From Escherichia coli (GTDB lineage: Bacteria; Pseudomonadota; Gammaproteobacteria; Enterobacterales; Enterobacteriaceae), in NCBI RefSeq assembly GCF_003790525.1, contig NZ_CP033635.1: DNA of 64,000 nucleotides; one strand, given 5' to 3'. The notes beneath the pieces are model-generated. The model had not been told where the DNA came from. It saw only the letters and a program-made list of their open reading frames with translations, and searched no databases. A program made the position numbers and the translations under genes. Below are positions 27,587 to 36,886 of this stretch, one piece after another. The number at the start of each line of letters is the position of its first letter. Position 1 is the first letter of the stretch.

Positions 27587-27634
27587 ACACTATATATAGG
27601 GGGTATGTTTGGGATTCACTGCAAGATAGTGTGA
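27587..27634 (-). promoter_or_regulatory. nrdAB promoter NrdR boxes (two)
   Basis: Two NrdR-box-like palindromes on the nrdA strand (cactatatatag core at 27587-27602; tcacactatcttgcagtga at 27617-27634), about 80-125 bp upstream of the nrdA start. Confidence 0.6.
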
Positions 27635-27662
27635 AAATGGCCCTCTTGCAAGTGCATAACTT

Positions 27663-27671
27663 TGTGGATAA
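27663..27671 (-). promoter_or_regulatory. DnaA box upstream of nrdA
   Basis: Plus strand tgtggataa is the reverse complement of the DnaA-box consensus TTATCCACA. Confidence 0.6.
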
Positions 27672-28204
27672 CTCAGGAAGGAAAAAGTGGCTTTCGCGCA
27701 CCTTAGGTCAGACAAGGTGTCCGGGAAAGTCAATGGGAAGAGAAAAATTTGTTAAAAATAACTGTTCGGCGATTTCTTGAACGGAAGAATAGGTTAGATA
27801 AATTGATATAGATGGTTTATTAATCTTTTTGCTAATGATTGCAAAAATTGATCTAAGCACGAGTCATCACATAATCTGATGTATCAGTTATGGTCAATAT
27901 ATAAGCGAATGTAAGCGATTGTTGATGTCGAAATGGTTGTTTTCTCTTCGGTTGTTGTTAAATGCGAAGCCATTTTGTTAATTTACCTTATATTATAAGA
28001 AAATTATTCATTACTTTAATTCAGTTTAAACATAACTGATATCCCTTAAGGTGATTAACTTGAATTATGACGCACTGATATTATTCATGAAATAATAACA
28101 AAATAGCCATTGCACCGGGTTGAACAATTTACAAAAGAAAAATAACCCATATCGTATAATGCGATTAAATATGCCGTCTTATAGAAAATGATGGTCAGAT
28201 TAAT

Positions 28205-31200
28205 ATGCGGATTATTTTTCTACGCAAGGAGTATTTATCTTTACTCCCGTCAATGATTGCATCTCTTTTCTCTGTTAACAGTGTCGCGGAGGTTTTGGAT
28301 TCATGCCAGGGATATGATATCAAAGCGAGTTGTCAGGCCAGCAGGCAAAGCCTTTCAGGCATTACGCAGGACTGGAGCATCGCCGATGGGCAATGGGTGA
28401 TTTTTTCGGGTATGGCCAATAATGCCAGCGGTGGTGCCGTATTTTTGCAGCAAAGTGCTGAATTTACGATATCACCACAAAATGAAACAGGGATGACCCT
28501 GTTTGCTAATAACTCGATTAGTGGCGAATATAATAATGGCGGAGCTATCTTTGCTAAAGAAAACTCAACGATAAATCTTGCGAATGTTATTTTCGACAGT
28601 AACGTTGCAGGAGGCTATGGCGGAGCAATCTATTCTGCGGGAACAAACGATGCCGGTGATATGGATTTAAATATCACTAATGCAATATTTGCGAATAATA
28701 TCGCCAATGATGGTAAAGGTGGCGCTATTTATTCTATCAATAATGATATTTATTTAAGTGATGTCATTTTTGATAATAATCAGGCATATACATCAACCAG
28801 CTATAGTGATGGGGACGGCGGTGCCATTGATGTTACGGATAATAGTACGGATAACACACATCTTTCAGGAAAAACGATAATTAATAATACCTCCTTTACC
28901 AATAACTATGCAGAAGGTTATGGCGGAGCAATTTATACCAGCAGCACCACATCCCCGTATCTTATTGATATTTCTGTTGATGATAATTATGACCAAAACA
29001 ATGGTGTGATGATTGATGAAAATAACAGCGCCTCGGGATATGACCATTCGGCGACGGCAGCGGCGGGGGGCTTTATGTATATCGGTCATAGTGTGGCTGA
29101 ATTTAACATTGCCGCCGATAAAACGCTGGTAATAGGCAATACCAGCAACGATGGCGCGATTGATTCTCTTGCCGGAACGGGAGTCATCGTGAAAGAGGGA
29201 GCGGGAGAGTTAGTCCTCAATGCCGACAATAATGCGTTTACCGGCGAGATGAGTATCCAGAATGGCGAGGTGACGCTGGGGCGCAGCGATGAGTTAATGA
29301 ATGTCGGCGACACGCACTGTCAGAGCGATCCGCAGGATTGCTTTGGTCTGATGGTCGGCAGCACTGTTCATTCTGAGTATCAGGCAGAACTGAATGTTGG
29401 CAATACACAACAAACGTTTGTGCACTCATTAACCGGTTTTGCTAATGGCATTTTGAATATCGACGCAGGCGGCAATGTTACCGTAAACCAGGGCGGTTTT
29501 TCCGGCTCGATTCAGGGTGAAGGACAGTTGACGGTAGCGCAAGATGGCAGCTATCTCCTGACAGGGGAGCAGTCGATGGCATTAACCGGCGATATTGTGG
29601 TGGAAGATAACGCCGTATTGTCGCTAGCGGGGAATCAGGCCGATTTACGGGCAATGCAGAGCGATCCGCAATCGATCGTGCTAAATGGCGGAGTATTGGA
29701 TCTCTCTGATTTCACCACTTGGGATGGCGATAGCTCATACAATGACGGTCTGCAAATCAGCGGCAGTGGGGGGACAGTGATTGGCAGTAATGATGTCGTT
29801 GATATCAGCAGTGGCGATGATTTACATATTGGCGGCAGTGATGCCAGCCAGAATGGCGTTTATGTCGTCATTAATGCGGGGGATCAGCGCGTAACGCTGG
29901 CGAATAACAACGGTTATCTCGGTAATACGCAAATCGCCTCCGGTACGCTTGAAGTCAGCGATAATTCGCAATTGGGGGACACAAGTTACAACCGTTCAGT
30001 GATCTTCACAGATCCCCAACAACACAGTGAAATGGATGTGACGACTGATGTTGACACTCGCTCGGCTACAACAGGTCAGGGCAGGAATATTGAAATGCGC
30101 GCTGATGGCGAAATACACGTTGAGGATGGCGTAGATACGCAATGGGGCGGGTTGATGGCGGATAGTACCGGGCAACAACTGGATAGCGTAAGCACGTTGA
30201 CTAAAAGTGGCGGCGGGACGCTGGAGTTGACCGCCAGCGGCACTGCGACGTCTGCGGTACGTGTGGAGGACGGAACGCTAAAAGGTGAAGCGGAGAATAT
30301 TATTCCTTATGTTTCTTCACTGTGGGTGGGGGAAGACGGTGTTTTTGAAACCGGGAAAAATCAGGATATTCGTTCAATCGATGCCACCTCTGGCGGCGAT
30401 ATCGACATAACCGATGGTACTGTGTTGCGATTGACGCAGCAGGATACGAACCAGGCGCTGGATGCCTCGCTGTTTAGCGGCGACGGTACGTTGGTGAATG
30501 CCACCGATGGTGTGACGCTGACAGGCGAGCTTAATACCAACCTTGAAACTGACAGCCTGACTTATCTTTCAGACGTGACGGTCAATGGTGATCTAACTAA
30601 TACTTCCGGTGCTGTCAGTCTGCAAAATGGCGTTGCTGGCGACACGCTCACGGTAAACGGTGATTACACCGGTGGCGGTACGTTGTTTCTCGACAGCGAA
30701 TTAAACGGCGATGACTCGGCAAGCGACCAACTGGTGTTGAACGGTAATACTGCTGGCAACACGACCGTGGTAATTAATCCCATTACGGGTATTGGTGAGC
30801 CGACATCTACGGGCATTAAAGTGGTTGATTTCGCAGCCGATCCAACGCAATTTCAAAACAATGCGCAGTTCAGTCTGGCGGGCAGCGGCTACGTCAATAT
30901 GGGAGCGTATGACTACACGCTGGTGGAAGATAACAACGACTGGTATCTGCGATCGCAAGAAGTAACGCCACCATCGCCACCTGATCCAGACCCGACTCCA
31001 GATCCTGATCCTACGCCGGATCCTGATCCAACACCCGACCCGGCTCCAGCCCCTACGCCTGCCTACCAGCCGGTGCTGAATGCCAAAGTTGGTGGCTATC
31101 TCAATAACCTACGTGCGGCAAATCAGGCATTTGTGATGGAGCGACGCGATCACGCTGGTGGCGATGGTCAGACGCTGAATTTACGTGTTATCGGCGGAGA

Positions 31201-31969
31201 TTATCATTACACAGCAGCGGGGCAACTGGCTCAGCATGAAGACACTTCTACGGTGCAGCTTAGCGGCGACTTGTTTAGCGGGCGCTGGGGCATGGATGGC
31301 GAGTGGATGCTTGGGGCGGTTGGTGGCTACAGTGATAACCAGGGCGACAGCCGCTCGAATATGACCGGAACTCGCGCCGATAACCAGAACCACGGTTATG
31401 CCGTTGGTCTGACCTCAAGCTGGTTCCAGCACGGTAATCAGAAGCAGGGGGCCTGGCTGGATAGCTGGCTGCAATACTCGTGGTTTAACAATGATGTTTC
31501 CGAACATGAAGATGGCGCGGATCATTACCACTCATCGGGGATTATCGCCTCGCTGGAAGCCGGGTATCAGTGGTTACCGGGGCATGGAGTGGTGATTGAA
31601 CCACAGGCGCAGGTGATTTATCAGGGCGTGCAGCAGGATGATTTTACCGCCGCTAACCATGCGCGGGTGTCACAATCGCAGGGTGATGATATTCAAACGC
31701 GGCTGGGTTTACACAGCGAATGGCGTACCGCGGTTGGTGTCATACCAACATTAGATCTGAATTATTATCACGATCCCCATGCGACGGAAATTGAAGAAGA
31801 TGGCAGCACTATCAGTGACGATGCGGTGAAGCAACGGGGTGAAATAAAAGTGGGAATAACGGGCAATATCAGTCAGCGAGTTTCGCTGCGTGGTAGCGTG
31901 GCGTGGCAGAAAGGGAGTGATGATTTTGCCCAGACGGCAGGGTTTTTGTCGATGACAGTGAAATGGTAA
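28205..31969 (+). CDS. yfaL: YfaL (EhaC-type) AIDA-like autotransporter adhesin
   Basis: 1254-aa ORF with N-terminal signal sequence, pectate-lyase-like repeat passenger (GGAIY motifs), proline-rich linker and C-terminal beta-barrel translocator domain. Confidence 0.9.
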   Translation: MRIIFLRKEYLSLLPSMIASLFSVNSVAEVLDSCQGYDIKASCQASRQSLSGITQDWSIADGQWVIFSGMANNASGGAVFLQQSAEFTISPQNETGMTLFANNSISGEYNNGGAIFAKENSTINLANVIFDSNVAGGYGGAIYSAGTNDAGDMDLNITNAIFANNIANDGKGGAIYSINNDIYLSDVIFDNNQAYTSTSYSDGDGGAIDVTDNSTDNTHLSGKTIINNTSFTNNYAEGYGGAIYTSSTTSPYLIDISVDDNYDQNNGVMIDENNSASGYDHSATAAAGGFMYIGHSVAEFNIAADKTLVIGNTSNDGAIDSLAGTGVIVKEGAGELVLNADNNAFTGEMSIQNGEVTLGRSDELMNVGDTHCQSDPQDCFGLMVGSTVHSEYQAELNVGNTQQTFVHSLTGFANGILNIDAGGNVTVNQGGFSGSIQGEGQLTVAQDGSYLLTGEQSMALTGDIVVEDNAVLSLAGNQADLRAMQSDPQSIVLNGGVLDLSDFTTWDGDSSYNDGLQISGSGGTVIGSNDVVDISSGDDLHIGGSDASQNGVYVVINAGDQRVTLANNNGYLGNTQIASGTLEVSDNSQLGDTSYNRSVIFTDPQQHSEMDVTTDVDTRSATTGQGRNIEMRADGEIHVEDGVDTQWGGLMADSTGQQLDSVSTLTKSGGGTLELTASGTATSAVRVEDGTLKGEAENIIPYVSSLWVGEDGVFETGKNQDIRSIDATSGGDIDITDGTVLRLTQQDTNQALDASLFSGDGTLVNATDGVTLTGELNTNLETDSLTYLSDVTVNGDLTNTSGAVSLQNGVAGDTLTVNGDYTGGGTLFLDSELNGDDSASDQLVLNGNTAGNTTVVINPITGIGEPTSTGIKVVDFAADPTQFQNNAQFSLAGSGYVNMGAYDYTLVEDNNDWYLRSQEVTPPSPPDPDPTPDPDPTPDPDPTPDPAPAPTPAYQPVLNAKVGGYLNNLRAANQAFVMERRDHAGGDGQTLNLRVIGGDYHYTAAGQLAQHEDTSTVQLSGDLFSGRWGMDGEWMLGAVGGYSDNQGDSRSNMTGTRADNQNHGYAVGLTSSWFQHGNQKQGAWLDSWLQYSWFNNDVSEHEDGADHYHSSGIIASLEAGYQWLPGHGVVIEPQAQVIYQGVQQDDFTAANHARVSQSQGDDIQTRLGLHSEWRTAVGVIPTLDLNYYHDPHATEIEEDGSTISDDAVKQRGEIKVGITGNISQRVSLRGSVAWQKGSDDFAQTAGFLSMTVKW
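30961..31062 (+). repeat. Tandem degenerate 18-bp repeats encoding the Pro-rich linker of YfaL
   Basis: Encodes PSPPDPDPTPDPDPTPDPDPTPDPAPAPT; repeated ccNgaTccNgaNccNacNcc units. Confidence 0.8.
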
Positions 31970-31974
31970 TCGCT

Positions 31975-32095
31975 GTCTGACCGGCACTGTTGCCGGATGC
32001 GGCGTAAACGCCTTATCTGGCCTACGGGAGCATTTGTAGGCCTGATAAGACGCGGCAAGCGTCGCATCAGGCTTGGCTCGGTCGTCGGATGAATC
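31975..32095. repeat. REP (BIME) elements between yfaL and ubiG
   Basis: tgccggatgcggcgtaaacgccttatctggcctac and ggcctgataagacgcg…cgtcgcatcaggc REP motifs. Confidence 0.8.
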
Positions 32096-32107
32096 CAAAC
32101 AACAACC

Positions 32108-32830
32108 TCACTTATTCTGCGTATGCAGCATATAGTTCACATCAACGCCGGGGCCGAGCTTAAAGGAATTAGTTATAGGGTTGTAATGCAGCCCGGTCAT
32201 ATGCCGTTCTTTAAGACTGGTCTGATCCACCCAGCCCAGCAATTCTGCCGGTTTAATAAACTTCTTCACATCATGTGTACCTTTAGGCACCATGCGCAAA
32301 ATATATTCAGCACCAACCACCGCCATCAGCCATGACTTGCCGTTGCGGTTGAGCGTCGAGAAAAAGACATCGCCGCCCGGTTTCACCAGTTGCGCACAGG
32401 CTCTGACCACTGACTGAGGATCGGGGACGTGCTCCAGCATCTCCATGCAGGTCACCACATCATACTGCCCGGCATGTTTTGCCGCGTGCTCTTCCACGGT
32501 TTCCTGCACGTAATCCACCTGAATGCCGCTTTCCAGTGCGTGCAGTTTTGCCACCTGCAATGGCTCAAAGCCCATATCCAGACCGGTCACCGTCGCACCT
32601 TCGCGCGCCATACTCTCGGCCAGAATGCCGCCGCCACAACCGACATCGAGCACCTTTTTGCCAAATAAACCGCCAGCACGCTCGGCAATATAGCCCAGAC
32701 GCAGCGGGTTAATACGGTGCAGCGGTTTGAACTCACCTTCCAGATCCCACCAGCGGGAGGCGACGGCTTCAAATTTAGCGATCTCTTCGTGGTCTACGTT
32801 ATTGTTTTTAAGGAGATTTTCAGTGTTCAT
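32108..32830 (-). CDS. ubiG: UbiG, bifunctional ubiquinone-biosynthesis O-methyltransferase
   Basis: 240-aa ORF with SAM-binding motif ([13 protein letters not shown]). Confidence 0.95.
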   Translation of the reverse strand: MNTENLLKNNNVDHEEIAKFEAVASRWWDLEGEFKPLHRINPLRLGYIAERAGGLFGKKVLDVGCGGGILAESMAREGATVTGLDMGFEPLQVAKLHALESGIQVDYVQETVEEHAAKHAGQYDVVTCMEMLEHVPDPQSVVRACAQLVKPGGDVFFSTLNRNGKSWLMAVVGAEYILRMVPKGTHDVKKFIKPAELLGWVDQTSLKERHMTGLHYNPITNSFKLGPGVDVNYMLHTQNK

Positions 32831-32907
32831 TGTTACATAAGAGTCTATAAAGGTTGTCGGGCAGTATAGCAGGTGAAAAGTGCCAGTGTTATAAACTCAT
32901 TCACATT

Positions 32908-33606
32908 TTACTGTGTAGATAACGAGAGAATTTTTCGTGCGCGCTCGGTAAATCCACTACTTACGTGATGAGTAATAAAATTACAAACACCTTCAACGTT
33001 ATTATTTTTTAGCATATCTAAAATAGTCGCATGGCCACGATTTGAATTGGTGATATATTCCGTAGTGAAATCCAGTCGATAACGGATAGCAAGTAAACGT
33101 GCGGATATCAATTGGTGTGCCTGAGAGATGTATTTATTATCAGCGTATTTAACAAACACATAATGAAAATCATGATCCAGTTTAAGATAAGCCTGAGTAT
33201 CGCGCTCGGCATTAATTTTTGCTGATTTTGATAGTATACTATTTAGTTCAATGATGACATTGTTTGCATTCTTTTCCATTGCTTCACTAATTGCACCCTG
33301 CTCCAGAATTACTCGCATTTTTATGAGGTCATTAATATCTTTATCTGTTACGGAAAAAACGAATGTTCCGCTGCGTGGAATGATATTGATCAGATTTTCA
33401 TTGTGACTAAGTAAAATAAAAGCTTCACGAATAGGTGTTTTACTTACCGCCAGAATATTCGAAAGTTCATTTTCACTTATCGGTTGCCCAAGACTGAGAT
33501 CGCCATGAATTATCATATCCCTGATTTTTTCTTTGATGACCTGTGTTACGGATTTTGGTATCTCAATTGATATGTGACTTAAGTCACGTTTCGCTTTATC
33601 TCTCAT
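32908..33606 (-). CDS. GntR-family (FadR/FCD subfamily) transcriptional regulator; accessory-island gene
   Basis: 232-aa ORF with N-terminal GntR-type winged HTH (…LSENELSNILAVSKTPIREAF…) and C-terminal all-helical FCD-like domain; codons are AT-rich. Confidence 0.8.
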   Translation of the reverse strand: MRDKAKRDLSHISIEIPKSVTQVIKEKIRDMIIHGDLSLGQPISENELSNILAVSKTPIREAFILLSHNENLINIIPRSGTFVFSVTDKDINDLIKMRVILEQGAISEAMEKNANNVIIELNSILSKSAKINAERDTQAYLKLDHDFHYVFVKYADNKYISQAHQLISARLLAIRYRLDFTTEYITNSNRGHATILDMLKNNNVEGVCNFITHHVSSGFTERARKILSLSTQ

Positions 33607-33670
33607 TCCTTTGCCCCTTATTAAGCTGCTGGTCCATTATATGTAATCATTTTATCAATGAAGGTATCTA

Positions 33671-33753
33671 ATATATCAGATATGACAAAAATGATATATC
33701 TTATTGTTGTAGCTTAGTGTTTCAATCAATGATCAAGCTGATATATCAGATAT
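33671..33753. promoter_or_regulatory. Two copies of a 13-bp operator-like motif in the divergent regulator / transporter promoter region
   Basis: atatatcagatat occurs at 33671-33683 and again at 33741-33753; the core atatc-a-gatat is an inverted repeat. Confidence 0.45.
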
Positions 33754-33843
33754 AACACATCACCTTTTGAACTGGATTATTTTTTACGTAATATCCACTT
33801 CGGGCAGTACTCTTATTCATTGAACCACAAAAGGTGAAACAAA

Positions 33844-35172
33844 ATGAGCAGTCCTCAGAAAGATTTGTATGAAGCCATTTCTATTGTGAAAAGGAAGATT
33901 ATTCCGTTAGCATTTATTCTGTATTTTTTTAACTATATGGATCGTGTTAACATCGGATTTGCCGCTTTACGCATGAATGAATCCCTTGGTATTACACCAG
34001 AGGATTTTGCTAATATATCTTCAATATTTTTTGTGTCCTATTTGATTTTTCAAATTCCGAGCAGTATTGGATTGCAAAAGTTAGGTGCAAGAAAATGGAT
34101 TAGCGCCATTATTGTTGGTTGGGGAACAGTAACAACGTTAATTTTCTTTGCCAAAGACACCCAGCATATATTGCTCGCTCGGGTCTTTTTGGGAATATTT
34201 GAAGCGGGGTTTTTCCCTGGCATGGTTTACTACCTGGCATGTTGGTTCCCGGCGCGTGAACGTGGAAAAGTGAATAGCTTTTTTATGTTATCAATCGCAG
34301 TTGCATCTGTGCTGGCGGCACCAATGTCTGGTTGGATTATTGAACATATGAATACCGGTAACTATGAAGGATGGCGCTGGCTTTTTGCTATTGAAGGCAT
34401 TCCTACGGTGTTATTGGGGGCGCTGACCTTTTATTTACTGCCAGATCGTCCGGAAAAAGCCCGCTGGCTTACACCATCGCAAGTCACCGCATTGGTCGAT
34501 AAACTTAATTCTGATAACGAAAAAGCCGCAGCATTAAATAAAAATACAAATGCATCTTTTCTGTCAATCATTAAAAATCCAGTATTACTACAACTCTCAT
34601 TTGCTTATATGTTTATTCAGGCAGCGGCGTTGGCGGCAAATTACTGGTTACCGGGGTTGGTTAAAGGATTTTCATCGGATTTCACAGATACCGATGTCGG
34701 TTTGATTATGAGTATTCCGTTTATTTTCGCGATGTTCAGTATGCCATTATGGGGATGGCATTCCGATAAAAAGAATGAAAGGAAATGGCATGCCGCACTA
34801 CCGATGTTGGTTGCAGGTTGCGGTTTTTTAATGATCGCACTTGTACCTTCGATGACGCTGCGCATGATGGGATTAACATTATACGGTGTAGGCATTCTCA
34901 GTTATTACGGTCCGTACTGGGCTTTACCCTCAGCTTTACTTTCACCATCAGGCCTGGCAATCAGTATTGCGTTTATTAACTCTTGTTCAAGTTTGGGTGG
35001 TTTTCTGATCAATAAATCACTTGGCTATGTTTCTACACATTATGGAGCCACGGGGATATTTATTGTTGAGGCGATTCTTTGCTTTATCGCCGTAGCTATT
35101 TTGTTATCAATGAAAATTGATAATAAAAAAGATAACGCCCAGAAAGACAATGTTATTTCACATGCTAAATAA
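33844..35172 (+). CDS. MFS transporter of the anion:cation symporter (ACS) family, sugar-acid type (DgoT/RhmT/GudP-like)
   Basis: 442-aa ORF with motifs shared with the RhmT in this window (…DRVNIGFAA…, [11 protein letters not shown]…, WFPxRER). Confidence 0.8.
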   Translation: MSSPQKDLYEAISIVKRKIIPLAFILYFFNYMDRVNIGFAALRMNESLGITPEDFANISSIFFVSYLIFQIPSSIGLQKLGARKWISAIIVGWGTVTTLIFFAKDTQHILLARVFLGIFEAGFFPGMVYYLACWFPARERGKVNSFFMLSIAVASVLAAPMSGWIIEHMNTGNYEGWRWLFAIEGIPTVLLGALTFYLLPDRPEKARWLTPSQVTALVDKLNSDNEKAAALNKNTNASFLSIIKNPVLLQLSFAYMFIQAAALAANYWLPGLVKGFSSDFTDTDVGLIMSIPFIFAMFSMPLWGWHSDKKNERKWHAALPMLVAGCGFLMIALVPSMTLRMMGLTLYGVGILSYYGPYWALPSALLSPSGLAISIAFINSCSSLGGFLINKSLGYVSTHYGATGIFIVEAILCFIAVAILLSMKIDNKKDNAQKDNVISHAK

Positions 35173-35184
35173 ATGAGGTTATTT

Positions 35185-36387
35185 ATGAAGATTACATCTG
35201 TAGAAATTTTTGACTGCGAACTCAAAAAAAGAGATCAAACTATGGCCTCTTATAATCCAGTACTTATTCGGGTTAATACCGATGCTGGAATAAGTGGTGT
35301 TGGCGAAGTAGGATTAGCCTATGGTGCAGGTGCAAAATCTGGTGTTGGTATTATCAGAGATTTAGCCCCTCTCATCATTGGTGAAGATCCGTTGAACATT
35401 GAGAAGATTTGGGAATTCCTCTTCAGGAAAACATTTTGGGGAATGGGCGGTGGTAATGTTTTTTACGCAGGTATGAGCGCTATTGATATTGCCTTATGGG
35501 ATATTAAAGGTAAATATTTAAACGTGCCGGTTTATCAACTACTGGGGGGAAAGACTAACGATAAATTGAGAACTTACGCCAGTCAGTTACAATTTGGTTG
35601 GGGCGAAAAAAGGCAAATATTAGTAACGCCTGAAGAGTATGCAGAGGCAGCGCGTGCCGCTATTGCAGAAGGTTATAATGCGATAAAAGTTGATCCGCTT
35701 GAAATCGATCTGCATGGCGGCGATTGTGTCTTTCAGAACAAAAATAGAAATTACTCTGGCTTATTACTGGCCGAACAATTAAAAATGGGCGAGGCAAGAA
35801 TTGCCGCTATGCGTGAAGCAATGGGCGACGATGCTGATATTATTGTAGAGATTCATTCTCTTCTAGGAACAAATTCAGCGATCCAGTTTGCCAAAGCAAT
35901 AGAGAAATATCGTATTTTTCTCTATGAGGAGCCAATTCATCCATTAAATTCGGATAATATGCAGAAAGTTGCCCGTTCAACATCGATTCCGATAGCAACA
36001 GGTGAGCGTTCTTATACTCGCTGGGGATATCGTGATTTACTGGAAAAACAATCAATTGCGGTAGCTCAACCTGATTTGTGTCTTTGTGGTGGCATTACAG
36101 AGGGAAAGAAAATTTGTGATTATGCCAATATATATGACACAACCGTTCAGGTACATGTTTGTGGCGGGCCTGTTTCAACAGTAGCGGCGCTGCATATGGA
36201 AACTGCAATACCTAACTTTATTATTCATGAACATCATACCAATGCGATGAAAGCATGTATTCGGGAACTTTGTACTTACGATTATCAACCCGAGAATGGC
36301 TATTATGTCGCGCCAGAGTTGCCTGGGCTTGGTCAGGAATTAAACGATGAAATCGTACAACAATATCTTGCCTATGTGATCAAATAA
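35185..36387 (+). CDS. Enolase-superfamily sugar-acid dehydratase, GalD / mandelate-racemase subgroup (D-galactonate-dehydratase-like)
   Basis: ORF 35173-36387. Start preferred at ATG 35185 (MKITSVEIFD…) with a GAGG Shine-Dalgarno at 35175-35178. Has the KxK motif (WDIKGK), the metal-ligand region and the QPDLxxxGGITE motif typical of DgoD-like dehydratases. Confidence 0.8.
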   Translation: MKITSVEIFDCELKKRDQTMASYNPVLIRVNTDAGISGVGEVGLAYGAGAKSGVGIIRDLAPLIIGEDPLNIEKIWEFLFRKTFWGMGGGNVFYAGMSAIDIALWDIKGKYLNVPVYQLLGGKTNDKLRTYASQLQFGWGEKRQILVTPEEYAEAARAAIAEGYNAIKVDPLEIDLHGGDCVFQNKNRNYSGLLLAEQLKMGEARIAAMREAMGDDADIIVEIHSLLGTNSAIQFAKAIEKYRIFLYEEPIHPLNSDNMQKVARSTSIPIATGERSYTRWGYRDLLEKQSIAVAQPDLCLCGGITEGKKICDYANIYDTTVQVHVCGGPVSTVAALHMETAIPNFIIHEHHTNAMKACIRELCTYDYQPENGYYVAPELPGLGQELNDEIVQQYLAYVIK

Positions 36388-36403
36388 CGGCGATTTATAT
36401 ACT

Positions 36404-36660
36404 CTAAATAATTCGAGTTGCAGGAAGGCGACAAGCGAGTGACAAATTCGTCAGGAACGAATTTGCCCAGCCGCAGGCTGGCCTTCGGTGAGAGACATGG
36501 ATGTCTCTCATTAATCCCCAGGAGCTTACATAAGTAAGTGACTGGGGTGAGCGACAAATCCGCATGGAGCGGATTTGAACGCTGCTTGCAGCGGCCCCGT
36601 AAGGGGTGAGGTCCATGGATGGGCCGAATAACCCGCAGACGCAGCACATGCAACTTGAAG
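36404..36660. repeat. ERIC (IRU) repeat, long variant, upstream of gyrA
   Basis: Contains the ERIC core ccccaggagcttacataagtaagtgactggggtgagcg (exact ERIC2 primer sequence at 36532-36553) flanked by imperfect inverted-repeat arms. Confidence 0.75.
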
Positions 36661-36886
36661 TATGACGAGTATAGCCATTATTTCTGGTGTTTATTGAGGC
36701 ACAGGAAGCGTGTTGCGGTCTTTGTTCCTTTGTCGTTCACCGCCAGCGCGATGTGTGCTGGCGGTGGGGTAAAACGCAGTAGATCTACAGCGCCCGGAAG
36801 CCTGCATTACGTTTACCCGTCCGCAAGCGATTGTGTTATAATCTCCGACCTTTGAATCCGGGATACAGTAGAGGGATAGCGGTTAG

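Noticed and set aside
26241-27599. 452-aa ORF on the plus strand, antisense to nrdA
   Set aside because: Lies entirely within the well-supported nrdA coding region on the opposite strand; low-complexity composition (His/Gln/Arg-rich) typical of a spurious antisense frame in a GC-skewed gene.
32908-36387. The ubiG-gyrA island as a mobile element or integrative island
   Set aside because: It has no integrase, transposase, flanking direct repeats or tRNA target. It is better described as a horizontally acquired or differentially retained metabolic module than as a mobile element.
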